Shown piece after piece: positions 52,956 to 64,000 of a stretch of 64,000 nucleotides of DNA. This stretch comes from Hydrolagus affinis (lineage: Eukaryota), in NCBI GenBank assembly GCA_012026655.1, contig JAAILG010000039.1, positions 1 to 64,000 on the forward strand, given 5' to 3'. The position numbers were made by a program, and so were the translations under genes. Numbering within the stretch: position 1 is the first letter of the stretch; each line of letters starts with the position of its first letter. The notes under the pieces are model-generated. The model saw only the letters and a program-made list of their open reading frames with translations, did no database searches and was not told where the DNA came from.

Positions 52956-55900
52956 GAAATTAGCCGTACCTGTGGGCCAAAGAATAAAGAATGCCATCTC
53001 GATATACAAAGCTGCCATTAATCAGAATGACAATATATTGGGATAGCAGCTACAGTGTTGTATTTCTTCCTATTAGGATTTGCAAAGAAAACTTTTATAT
53101 CATATGATGTGACATTTAAAGATAAGTACAAACAAGGCACAGTAACTGGCATTGATGTAGAAGGAAAATTTGTCATTTTGGAGAGTGGAGAGGTAAGTCA
53201 TCAGATCATATTTAACATGCTTTACCCGTTTTATTTTTACCTGCACACAACTCTTTACAGTTTGGTCTGACACCTTATTTCATGTTTCAAAGGAAATACC
53301 CTTCAGTCATCTTATTTTGTCAACTGGCAGCTCAGGACCATTCCCTGGAAAATTCATTGAACCAGCTTCAAGGGAAACAGCCATTCAGAAGTATGAAGAT
53401 CTGGTAGCAGAGGTAAGGTTGATGGCAAGTTTTCATTCCTGGCATCAGAAGCAATGGGAAACAAGGTTTATTAAATAGGTGCCAGGCTGCCTCGGGTTGG
53501 TAATAATCTTGTGTCTTGGTCAAAAGGGTATCAGTTCCAAGTCCCACATTGGGATTTTATGCTTGTAGTTCAGGCTGACACTCCAATACCAATAAGGAGA
53601 GTGTTGTATTGTCAAAGGTACTATTCCTCTGATGAGATTTTAAACCAAGGTCCAGGTTGCCTGTTTAGATGGATATTTAAAACTCCCGGGACACTAGGAA
53701 ATGAGTCTGATTTTACTCCACACTAAACTCAATGGAATGAATACTTGTTTTTGTTATTGTTCACTGTTGATATTTGTGTTAGTTCATACAGGGATGGAGG
53801 CTGAAATTGTTCTCTGTAGGAGGAAAATATTATCTTGTCATGAAGTAGATTTACAACTAGAACTCCACATTTGATAATGTTTTATTTAAAACATACTTGT
53901 ATCTAAAGCAGACTGCAGTATGGTTCCATGTTATTTGATTTGCATCATTTGTGGGATCAAAAAAAATTGGTAGTGATTATGCTTCACATAAAAGCATTGC
54001 TAGGAAAGGTATCCCATAACAATGTGGTTATTTGTCCACAGTAATTATAGGATATTTGGAGACATTATGGAGTCCTACTCAGTGGTTAGTGCACTTGCCT
54101 GATAAGCGAGAGATTTGGATTCAATTCTGGGCAGGGTGAAACCTTGCGCAAGTTTTCTTACTTCACACACCTAAAAATAATCCCTCAAAAAAAAATTGGT
54201 CCTTTCAATCCACGACTGTTTGTGGAACACTGCTGTGCATAATTAACTGCCATGTTTTGCCCACATATATACAGTCAATTAACTTTACAGTATATTCTGT
54301 GAAGCGCTTTGAGATGTCTGGAAGCCGTGACGAGCATGATATCATATGCAAGGATTATGATTATTATTCTTCTATAGTGCTTTGCAGCATATTACACTTC
54401 AACCTTCACTAAATATTTTCCTTCCTTGATACAGATTCAGAAAGCAGCTAGAATTGTTGTGGTTGGAGGTGGGCTTGCGGGTGTGGAATTGGCAGCAGAA
54501 ATCAAAACTGAATATCATGACAAAGAGGTAATGCAATGATGCCTTGAGTTTCAGATGTACGGGGATGGGTGACACTTCATATTGTAAATATCTTCCCCTG
54601 AGTTACCTGATCACAACACCCATTGGATAGCTAGAGAATTCAGCCAGGGTCCCACTCCTGATTGTTATTGAGCAACCCTCCTTTGAAAAGTGATTGGATG
54701 TGAATGTTACACAAGCAGGAATTGGGTTGGATATGATGTGCTGTCTCTGGCCAGGGTAGAATAACCTGTTGGCAGTTATTATCTTGGTTCACGCATGAAC
54801 TGAAAGGTGATAGATGACTGTGGGGTCACACCTAGCACGAGTCAGAATGTTTAGAAAAGAGAGAAAATTGGAGAGAACAATATACTTATTAGAATGTGTT
54901 GGTTGCAACATTTGCAAGAGACATCACTTTGCATGATAGCTTTCATTAGAGCAGGAAAATTAATTTCCACAAGTTGAATTCCTTTGTAATACACTATCTC
55001 CACTCTGCCTACTTGGCAGAGAATCCACAAATGATTTTAATCAATTTAACATTGGTATTATCAATTTTGATATTATTGATAATATCAATCCATATTCAGC
55101 TGGTGGGAGATTTGTTTGCCGTGTAGCAAGATAACTCCAGTTGTTTTTGCTAACACTGAACTAAAGTAGGTTTAAAATTTACCTTGAGCGAGAACTAGAG
55201 ATTGTTTCTAGATTTTTCATTATCATGAAATATATTTGCAGAAGGGATTTTAACACTCCTTTGTGTATTTTCAGGTAGTCTTGATTCATTCTACCTATAC
55301 TCTTGGCGATACAGATCTTTTACCAAGTGTGAGACGTGGAGTGAAAGATATTCTTATACATAAAGGAATTCAACTTGTACTAGGTAATAATAATCATCCT
55401 TGCATGTGATATGGCACTTTTTACATCACGAGGACATAAAAATAATCCTTGCAGTTGATATAGAGCGCATCTCACGTCTTTTAGACAACTCAAAGCGCTT
55501 CACAGAATATACTGTAAAGTGAACTGACTATATTTATGGGTGAAACACGGCAGTCAATTGCGCACAACCAGTGTCCCACAAACAGTCGTGGATTGAAATG
55601 ATCAATTTTATTATTGTTTTTTTTGGAGGGATTATTATTAGGGATGTGAAGTAAAGAAACTTGCCCAAGCTTTCGCCCTGACCTGCCTGGATTCGAACAC
55701 AGGTCTCACATTTATAAGGAGAGTGCTTTAACCACTGAGTTGCAGGACTCCACAAAACGCGGCCCACAACAAACCAGACCTTGCAACGCTTCACTGGCTT
55801 CCCATACAGAACAGATTGATTTCAAGATCCTTTCACTCATTTTCAAATCCCTTCACGCTCTTGCACCTCCCTAACCATCTGATCTGGTCTACAACCCAGG

Positions 55901-58900
55901 TAGAATAACCTGCTCGACTGGCCTCCGCTCAACTGGCTGTGGCCTTCTGATGATCCCTCATCACATATATTTGCCCACAAATATACAGTCAATTCACTTT
56001 ACAGTATATTCTGTGAAGCGCTTTGAGACGTCTAGAAGATGTGAAAAGCGCAATAACAAAATGCAATTATTATTATTATTATCTCCTCCGCTCCACCAAT
56101 GGTAGCCTTGACTTCAGCCACAGAATTCCGAAACTCTGGAACTTTCTCCCTCAATCCCTCCACCTTACCCACCTCCCTCCCCATTTACAATTCTTGCATT
56201 AAGAACTTACTCATTAATCGTGCTTTCAGGCACTTCTCCCAACCTCCTGATTCAGTGTTAGACTATGCTACTGTCAAGTGTTCTGGGACGCTACCCCATG
56301 TGAACTGCACAATATAAATGCAAGTTAGTGTTGTTATTTGTCTTTTATGTTTTTCGTTCTGTCTGACTGCAGCATGTTTTCTCTGGTCAAGAGGCCAAGT
56401 GGCTGCTTTGCTCTGTATTTCCCCTGGATTCTTATTTGTGGTAACACAGCCAAGATCAAAAACTGAGCTGAATATTGGGCAGCCGTGTGCACCCACAACT
56501 CTATGGCACCACAATACGTGCCTCCAACAGCAACTTTCATCTTGTATTGTTTCCAGGGAAATGAAGACAGACTATGGGAGTACCAGCCAATCTAAGTCAT
56601 GGCATATTTTATACTGTGCTCTTTCCAAAAAGGACAGAAAGTAACTAACTTGGCAGAACTAACTGAGAATCAGATGCAGCCTAATATGAAGGTGTTGACA
56701 AACAAGGGGAAAGAGATTGTTACCGACATGGTCATCCGCTGTACTGGAATAAAGATTAATTCCACAGCGTACGGCAACGCCTTCAGTAAGTTTTTAGGCT
56801 ATCCCTGTAGATGAATGTTGTGCTCACTTTTCTGCAGTACTGTACCTGTTTTTGCTGAATTGATCTTTTCATTGCTTAGTTGTCAAACACATTGTATTTG
56901 TCTTGCAACACCCTGTCTTGCAACACACATTTGAATTTATTTCTTTAGTTCTTATTTTCACCTTTAGTGTTATCTTGCCATGAAACAAAAACAGGATTTT
57001 ACGCCCTAGATATTTTAGAAGTTGGTCCAACGGATGGATGGTTCATTGGCTTTGAACATTGTCATTTTCAGCTGTGTTCACAGTCATTTCAGACTGTCAG
57101 AAAGAGTCTTTGCTCAGTAGCTTTCGGGATTGTTTGTGAAAGGAATTTTGAGCAGGTACTGGTTGCTGGGATGTGGACTCCAAGCACTAAATGGGCATCT
57201 CAATCGGAGGGATCACAAAAAATGTGGTCTGTGGGGAAATTAAAACTAGCTCATTGTATTCATTGTGCTCTTCTGTGGCACCTTGTTTTGATGAAGTAGA
57301 GGTAGTTTTACACAGCATCAAACTTCACTGTAACTATAATTTTGATACGTGAAACAAATTGAAAAGTCTTCAATTTCTTTGCATTGTTTTTTTTCCTCTT
57401 GATCAGCACAAATATTTGATGATTGAAACAAAATAGAATTACAGTATAAAAGTTCTCAGTTGTGTTTTTTTTAAAGTGTAATGTTAAGTTTCCCCTTCGT
57501 CTTATAGAAATGAACCAAAGTAGGTACTGTATTTTATAAACTGATCATCAGTCAAAGGAATTATTGCTGTTTACTAAAGAGAATAATAAGTAACAAACTG
57601 GGATACAAGTGTGTTATTTGACTTTTGTTTTCTTTGACAGAAGATAAAGTTAGTGTTAACGGTGCTTTACAAGTCAATGAATATCTCCAGGTGAAAGGAA
57701 TGGATAATGTTTATGCAATTGGAGATTGTGCAGATGTGTTGGAAAATAAATCAGCCTACACTGCTGAATTCCAAGCAATTGTGTGTGTGAAAAATATCAT
57801 CCATAGCCTCAAAGAGCAGCCTATGGATGTGTACAAACCAGGTAATGATGTTGCAACATTTTAATTCCAGCCTTATTATTCAAATGGTTATCATCCACTT
57901 TGAGAAATGTTCATACCAATAATTGTTACAGGTAAATCTTTAATTTTAGTAGTAGATGAGAATCAGATTGGCTAAAGCGCCTTTTCATCCAAACTATTCT
58001 TTTGATCTTCTCTGAATACACTTTCAAATTACACTTCCGGAAATGCACCACTAGATGGCCTCTGTGTTCTAAAAAGAGGAAAATGTTCAGGGAAGGTTGG
58101 AATTTAATCTTTTTAACTTATGGGATAGGATGGGATCTATGGTTGAATAAAGCCAAGCCAAAAGGGATGAACGTTTTCTCTCTGAAAATTATTAGTCAAC
58201 AGTGAATTGAACTATTTTAATCAGCTTCAAACCAACGTAAGCTTACAATATAAAAACGGTTCACAATTTAGCTCTAATTGGCCAAATGCCTGACTCAGGG
58301 AGGACATATGCTACATAAAATGAAAATGTTGCACAAGGTACCATTTTGAAGTTTACGTAATGTCAGGAGCCTACCCGGAAGCTTTTAAGCTATGCATTTT
58401 GCTGTGCTGAACCTGATCTGAGGAATGAGTTCTCAAAGTGGAAACAGTGTAACTTCACAATAGTGTTATTCCTTTGTTTGATTCACATAAAATCCACCAA
58501 ATTTCCTTCCATCTGGAAAACTAAATGTGCATGAAAAGGGGAACTCGTGAACTTGTGAAGTCTCTGTGATCTGCAAACTAAAATTCTCAAGTTCTAAAGT
58601 CAAATTGGCGACGGAAAAGCACTGTGCTCTTTCTTCGCTTATGGGAATAATATTCACAGCCTTACTGAAGTGTTTTTAACCCCAATTAACTGATCCCTGG
58701 TCTGAATAACTGTTCCATGAGAGTTATTGCTGCTGTTCTGGACTGCTTGTGTTAACTATATGCCATTTTCCACCCCAGGTTCTCCTCTAATGTTGGTAAC
58801 AATGGGCCGAAATGACGGTGTGGGCCAGCTGTGTGGCTGCCAAGTCGGGAAGGTATTTGTGACTCTGGTCAAAAGCAGGGATCTACTGGTTAAGGACAGC

Positions 58901-58933
58901 TGGAAAAAAATGGGCCAACGAATGCCAAACTGA
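51895..58933 (+). CDS. AIFM2: Ferroptosis suppressor protein 1 / AIFM2 family NAD(P)H-quinone oxidoreductase (372 aa); exons 51895-52066, 53077-53192, 53293-53412, 54435-54527, 55275-55383, 56633-56785, 57641-57841, 58779-58933
   Basis: GT-AG exons in frame (1119 nt). N-terminal MG myristoylation motif, [74 protein letters not shown]. Orthologue versus paralogue not resolvable from sequence alone. Confidence 0.9.
52170..52482 (-). mobile_element. Full-length Deu-domain SINE
   Basis: Reverse complement of 9917-10217. Confidence 0.85.
52908..52955. repeat. (GATT)n microsatellite
   Basis: Direct reading. Confidence 0.9.
54069..54368 (+). mobile_element. Full-length Deu-domain SINE
   Basis: Head GGAGTCCTACTCAGTGGTTAG, Deu core, GCAAGGATT tail. 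Confidence 0.85.
55385..55752 (-). mobile_element. SINE tail fragment plus full-length SINE
   Basis: Reverse complement of the SINE consensus; begins immediately after the splice donor at 55384. Confidence 0.85.
55770..56335 (+). mobile_element. L2 3' fragment interrupted by a SINE 3' half (~55965-56082)
   Basis: L2 sequence resumes after (TTA)n at CTCCTCCGCTCCACC. Confidence 0.75.
58048..58061 (+). promoter_or_regulatory. CTCF-like motif with adjacent ETS-like site
   Basis: CCACTAGATGGCCT; ACTTCCGGAA just upstream. Confidence 0.45.
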
Positions 58934-60589
58934 TGATGTCTGATGATGCTTCTGTCAACAGTCCTGTGTATAAATCTATTCTTCCTTTCTGGAGTATCTC
59001 ATTCAGTGATCCGATGCCTAATATTTACATCCATTCTTGAGTTGTTTCAATTTCAATATACAGTACCTGTATATTTTAAAGCTGAATTGAAACGTGTAAT
59101 CTCCGCCCCTTCCCACTGAGAATTTCCATCATGTTCAGTGGAATTTCACAGCATGTTCCACTGTGTTCCAAATGTTGAACTCCTAAATTAATTTATAAAG
59201 TCTGGTAGTGTTATGCAGTATAACACTTAACCTTGCAATACTTTCTTGCTTCAATTCAGTAAATGGGATAATAACTAATAATAATTCTTGCATTCGATAT
59301 ATCGCCTTCTCATGTCCTTGAGACGTCTCAAAGCCTTTCACAGAATATACTGAAAAGTGAATTGACTGTATATTTTGTGGGATGAGTTCTATCAGATCTT
59401 GATTGGGTTGGTTCGTGTTTTGTATAGAAACAAGGCATTCTTATCAGTGTGAAACAGTACTCTGGTATCTTCCTTGCCACATATCTCTCTTCTCTCACCC
59501 ACACCCACCCACACATTTCCAGCGCCTTGGGACGTCCTCCCGACATGAAAGGCTCTATACAAATGTAATTTTTGTTGTTGTTAATTTCATCCTCCAGTAT
59601 TAGCTCCTTGCTGTAACTTTATTCAATTAGAATTAGTGGATCTGAGAGCAGAGCCTATTATTGTCATCTCTCTCTGCAACCCAGTCAAAGAAGTTCATTC
59701 CAGTCCATATGGTTGGGAAACCTGAGTATGTTATAAACCTGTCTCCATTATTAGCTCCCCAGATTTTATCTGAAAATCCTAAACCGGTTCATGGATCCAG
59801 TCTGCTACTGGTCACAATCTCCATGACCACACTGAGGATAGTCCTCACATAACTGTCTGTGCCTGAGATTATACAATGTGCTGACTTTTCATGTTGAATG
59901 AAATACTTCACCAATCTGAAACTTCACACTTTTTTTTCCCGCCCCCACATGAAAAATATTGATAAAATTGTCATATTTGGTATCAGTGTCATTGGCCAAT
60001 TCCCTTTTAAACTTTTTCACTCATGAGATGTAAATTAGGCAACTTTTATTGTCTAATTTTCTACATTGTTTTTAACATTATTAAAAATTTAAATGTAAAG
60101 ATATGCCTCCTGCTGTGGCTGAAATTTCACAAAGCTCTTGAGTGTCTGTCTATTGATTTCATACTAACTCTGAGAAACACAATTTCATAAACAATTCTTG
60201 CTGCTCAAATCTGCAATGTATACACCACATACAGACTTACATTCCTCCATTCCCACAGACTCATTTGTTTTCTACAGACTCACATTCCCCCACAGCCACA
60301 AACACCGCCATCTCGCCTGCTCCTGCCTCCACTACCACACCCATATATTACACATCTTAAAACACATTTTATTTATGTTAGACAGATTTACACATTCTAC
60401 CCTCCTCACCCTCCCACATTATATTTGAAAACAAGATTCTGAGTTGAGAAATAGTTGTTCGCATATTATCAATTGGCTCTGGAGATGGGATGATTTCAGA
60501 GACAAACTGATTATATAAAAAGGAAAAAAACTGATGAGGGGCATTTGATAGAGCTTATTCACACTGGATCTGTGGAATGGCACATTTAT

Positions 60590-60880
60590 AATAAATAATA
60601 ATCCTTGCATTTGACAAAGCATTTTTCACATCTTCTAAACATATCAAAGCACTTCACAGAATATACTGTAAAATTACTTGACAGTATATTTGTGGGTGAA
60701 ACATGGCAGCCAATTGTGCACGGCAGTGTCCCACAAACAGTCGTGAATTGAAGTGACCAATGTTTTGGGGATGGATTATTATTAGGAGTAAAGAAACTTG
60801 CCAAAGGCTTGACCCTGCCTGGAATTGAACCCAGGTCTCTCGCTTGTAAGACGAGAACTGCTGAGCTACATGACTTCACA
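60590..60880 (-). mobile_element. Deu-domain SINE
   Basis: Reverse complement of the SINE consensus. Confidence 0.85.
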
Positions 60881-61059
60881 ACCAGCTACAGCTACAGGAC
60901 CCTGCCGGTTACGGCTCCCACAAAAGAATGCACAAAGTAATCTAATCAAAGTTTAAATATCAGTTGTTGACTCTTCAATGAGATTATTCCCTGGTAAACA
61001 CTGCGTTATTTTGTTTTTCGACAATGAACTGACAAGTCGCTGGATGATAATATTAAAGC

Positions 61060-61625
61060 AGATTAAAACTTTGCGAGTTTCAATTATCCTTCCTCCCCCA
61101 CATCCGATCCCTCACCTATACCCATTTTTTCCATCTCCTACACATCGCCCGTCTCCACCAATATCTCACTCCAAAAGCTGCCGAAACCCTAGTCCATGCT
61201 TTTGTGACTTCACTGCCTCCCTGTCTCGGAGCGGATTGATTTCAAGATCCTCACTCTTGTTTTTCATATCCTTCCACTCCTCTGCACCCCGCTACTTCTC
61301 TGACCTCCTCTCTCCTCACAACAGCACCCGTTGCCTTCGCTCTACTGGGTCTGGCCTCCTCCTTGTCCCCCAAATCCTTCATTCCACCATTGGTGGCTGT
61401 GCCTTCAGCCACTACGCCCCGAGGCTCTGGAACTCTCTTCCTCACTCCCTTCGCTTTGCACCTCCACCCTCCTTTCCTATTTTCAGGTTGCACCAAAAGA
61501 CTTTACTTTTCGACCGCGCTTTCGGTCACCTTTTTCCCCTCCCCCCGGCTTGGACCCGGTATCCATTATTGTCAAACGTTCTGGCATGGAGGGTGCTATA
61601 TAAATCCAAGTTGTTGTTGTTGTTT
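61060..61625 (+). mobile_element. L2 LINE 3' fragment
   Basis: APRYFSDLL..LRST..AFSHYAPRLWNSLP motif and (TTG)n tail. Confidence 0.85.
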
Positions 61626-63044
61626 CTGATTGTCTGTGAACTAACATAAAATAATAATTGTCTCTAAGTATTTCATGGATTATTCAGCAACAAGCTGTTC
61701 TCCAAATGGAAACTTCGGAATCCACTTCATTCTACCGAAATATATATTTTTCACAAATTCTTATTTTAATATATAATATAATGAAACAAAATTTAAAAAC
61801 ACCTGTACTATATTCGGATGTTGCAATCCATATTTATGCTGTTAAATACAAATAAATCTGCAATTAAATTTCAATAGGATCTCTACTGAAAGTTTGTTAC
61901 ACCTGAATTGGTGTCACACAATCTTACATCATTCTTTACTAATAAAATATTTCTTAAAAGACATGGAAAGACCGCATCAGCAGTGTTCCTCTCCCACCTC
62001 TCCCACTTAACAACAGGATCTATTTGTGGGTGTAGTGAATGTATTTGCTTGCTGTTTATTCATTGAATTCCAGGGCATTGCCGTGTGATCTTTCATCGGT
62101 TCAGTTACCCTTTCATGGAAACTGCCAAACCTTATCAAACTCGTACATCAGGTAACGATCAAAAACTGCTTTAAATGATGCATGTGAGGATCTCCAGGGA
62201 CAGATTTATAGAAAAGAACTAACTTTTAGTGTCCCACCGTTCAGACAGCTGTAAACCATTTCCGTGAGATTTATTCCAACTGTATCAGAGGAATACCTCT
62301 ATGTCGGGGGCAGTGATTTGAGTGAGAAAGGCTTTGGCGAGCGACTTCTGTATGGGAATGTGAGTGTGGTTAGTCGCACAGTAATACGCAAGGGTATGAT
62401 GCAGCCTTCAGCCCTGCCCAGGAAATCGTGTTGTCGTCCCTTTACGTGTTGTGTGAGTGAGGTCCATTCCTCGCTAGCCAAACAAGCTGTAAAGTGTTGC
62501 AAGAAAGGACTTTAAACTCTCAACTTTACACCCTGTGTGCGTGTGTATCTGTGTTAATTAAAGTGAACTTTGCACAATCCAGAAAATTGCCTCCAGTGTC
62601 AACGTTTGGTAAGTTATATAATTTGGGAAATGCAGTTTATTTTATAGAAATTGACATAAAGGGCTTGCATGTTAATATTATATAGACTGCAGCATTACCC
62701 AAGTCGGGCAAGCTAGCAGCTTGTTATTTAAGCCTATTATATAAATATATATATATTTGTATTTACATTTGCTTATCCCACCTACGTGGAGTGAGGTTTC
62801 AAACCTGCTACAATGGGTTGAATTGCCATATGTTGTGAGCAAGGAAGTTTATATAAACTACTGGGGAGAACAGTGAAGTGACTGCTGGGAATCAAGCCAA
62901 GGGAAACAGACCAGCATCTCGGAAAGTTCACACTTAAAGGCAGTGATGAAAAAGTCAGGGGAGAACTTGTTATTAGTTTGCGATTTCTTAGGCTTCACTT
63001 CGGGACCTTATCCTCCTTGTCAGGCAGCTGATTGACTCCTGACT

Positions 63045-63352
63045 ATTTAGGTTAGAGCTCTCGCCTTACAAGCGAGAGACCTGGGTTCAATCCCAGGAAG
63101 GCTGAAATTCTGAAATCAGGCTGAAGTAAAGCAAATTTCCTTACTTCAGACACCTGATAATAATCCCTCAAAAAAATAATAAATTGACCATTCCAATCCA
63201 CGAGTGTTTGTGGGACACTGCTGTGCGCAATTGGCTACTGCGTTTCACCCACATATATACAGTTAATTCACTTTACAGTATATTCTGTGAAGCGCTTTGA
63301 GACATCTAGAAGACGTGAAAAGCGCTATATCAAATGCAAGGATGATTATTAT
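63045..63352 (+). mobile_element. Deu-domain SINE
   Basis: B-box GGTTCAATCCC, core CTGTGCGCAATTGGCTACTGCGTTT, tail ATCAAATGCAAGGATGATT. Confidence 0.85.
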
Positions 63353-64000
63353 TTGGTCAGACAGACCTATGGTCCAGAAGATTGTGGTTCAATCCCCTAT
63401 GTCAGGCCTTGTTCACTCTCCCAATATGATGCTCCAGCTCAGTGCTGGGAGTGTGCCACACTGTACAGCAATCCCCAGAATCTTTTACGCAAACCAGAAC
63501 TAATGGTGACCACTTTGTTTAACAAAAAGCAACGTTGAAATTGCTAAATTCTCCACGTAAAGTAGCATTCTGCTTTCAGCAACTCAGCACATGGCAAGTA
63601 TATAAAATATCTTCAGGGTGGGATGCATTCACATTAATAATCCTAATTTGGGATGCACTATCAGAGCACTAAAATATTTGTTGTTATGCTTGGTAACTCA
63701 AGGGAGCTCCTCAGATCTCCTCAAACTATTCTCACAGATAACTCCAATATCTGCTGTGTTTTGTGTGATGTTACAGAGCCACATTGGAATGATTGAATGT
63801 TTCACTGTTTCTCCCCTCCTGAAGGGGGTATATTTTGTAGCTTCGCTGCAGTTGCAATGGTCTTTGTGAAATGGGCCTGTGCAATCTTAATTTGACTCGA
63901 GCAGGATGCATTTGACTTGAGTGGGCACAAGATGACAACACAATACTTATCACTAGCAGTGACAAACGGCAGTAAATTGGCAGGGCTGCTTACAGAGGTG

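Noticed and set aside
58930-59020. TGA-TGA stop and repeated TGATGA after FSP1 as Sec readthrough/SECIS or C/D snoRNA
   Set aside because: No SECIS GA quartet geometry and no properly placed D box with terminal stem could be built.
60978-61649. 223-aa ORF
   Set aside because: L2 ORF2 C-terminal remnant plus flank; same for 36300-36752 and 43594-44115.
62990-63030. Minus-strand CTGACAA..CCCGAAG hammerhead-like motif
   Set aside because: Core nucleotides deviate and the stems do not form; at most a decayed Penelope remnant.
1-64000. CRISPR arrays, rRNA or prokaryotic operon-type systems
   Set aside because: Sequence is spliceosomal vertebrate DNA; the recurring repeats are dispersed SINE/LINE copies, not regularly spaced arrays.

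Overview
Vertebrate genomic DNA, AT-rich and intron-containing. The repeat content (CR1, L2, Deu-domain SINEs, Penelope-like fragments) suggests a cartilaginous fish, possibly a chimaera; the species is inferred, not shown. Four complete multi-exon genes can be spliced by hand with GT-AG junctions and open frames: LRIT1 (+, 4 exons, 657 aa), LRIT2 (+, 3 exons, 562 aa), CDHR1 (-, 17 exons, 861 aa) and an AIFM2/FSP1-family gene (+, 8 coding exons, 372 aa). LRIT1-LRIT2-CDHR1 is the known photoreceptor gene cluster; the FSP1-like gene sits head-to-head with CDHR1, where human has C10orf99/GHITM. Most short ORFs in the supplied track are non-coding or transposon-derived. The most notable non-coding signals are a Penelope-type minimal hammerhead ribozyme motif (~47.8 kb), a perfect 26-bp hairpin in a CDHR1 intron, a Helitron-like 3' end at the window start, palindromic CRX/OTX site clusters, CTCF-like motifs, and inverted SINE pairs bracketing FSP1 exons. 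No clearly new biological system is demonstrated; the findings are hypotheses.
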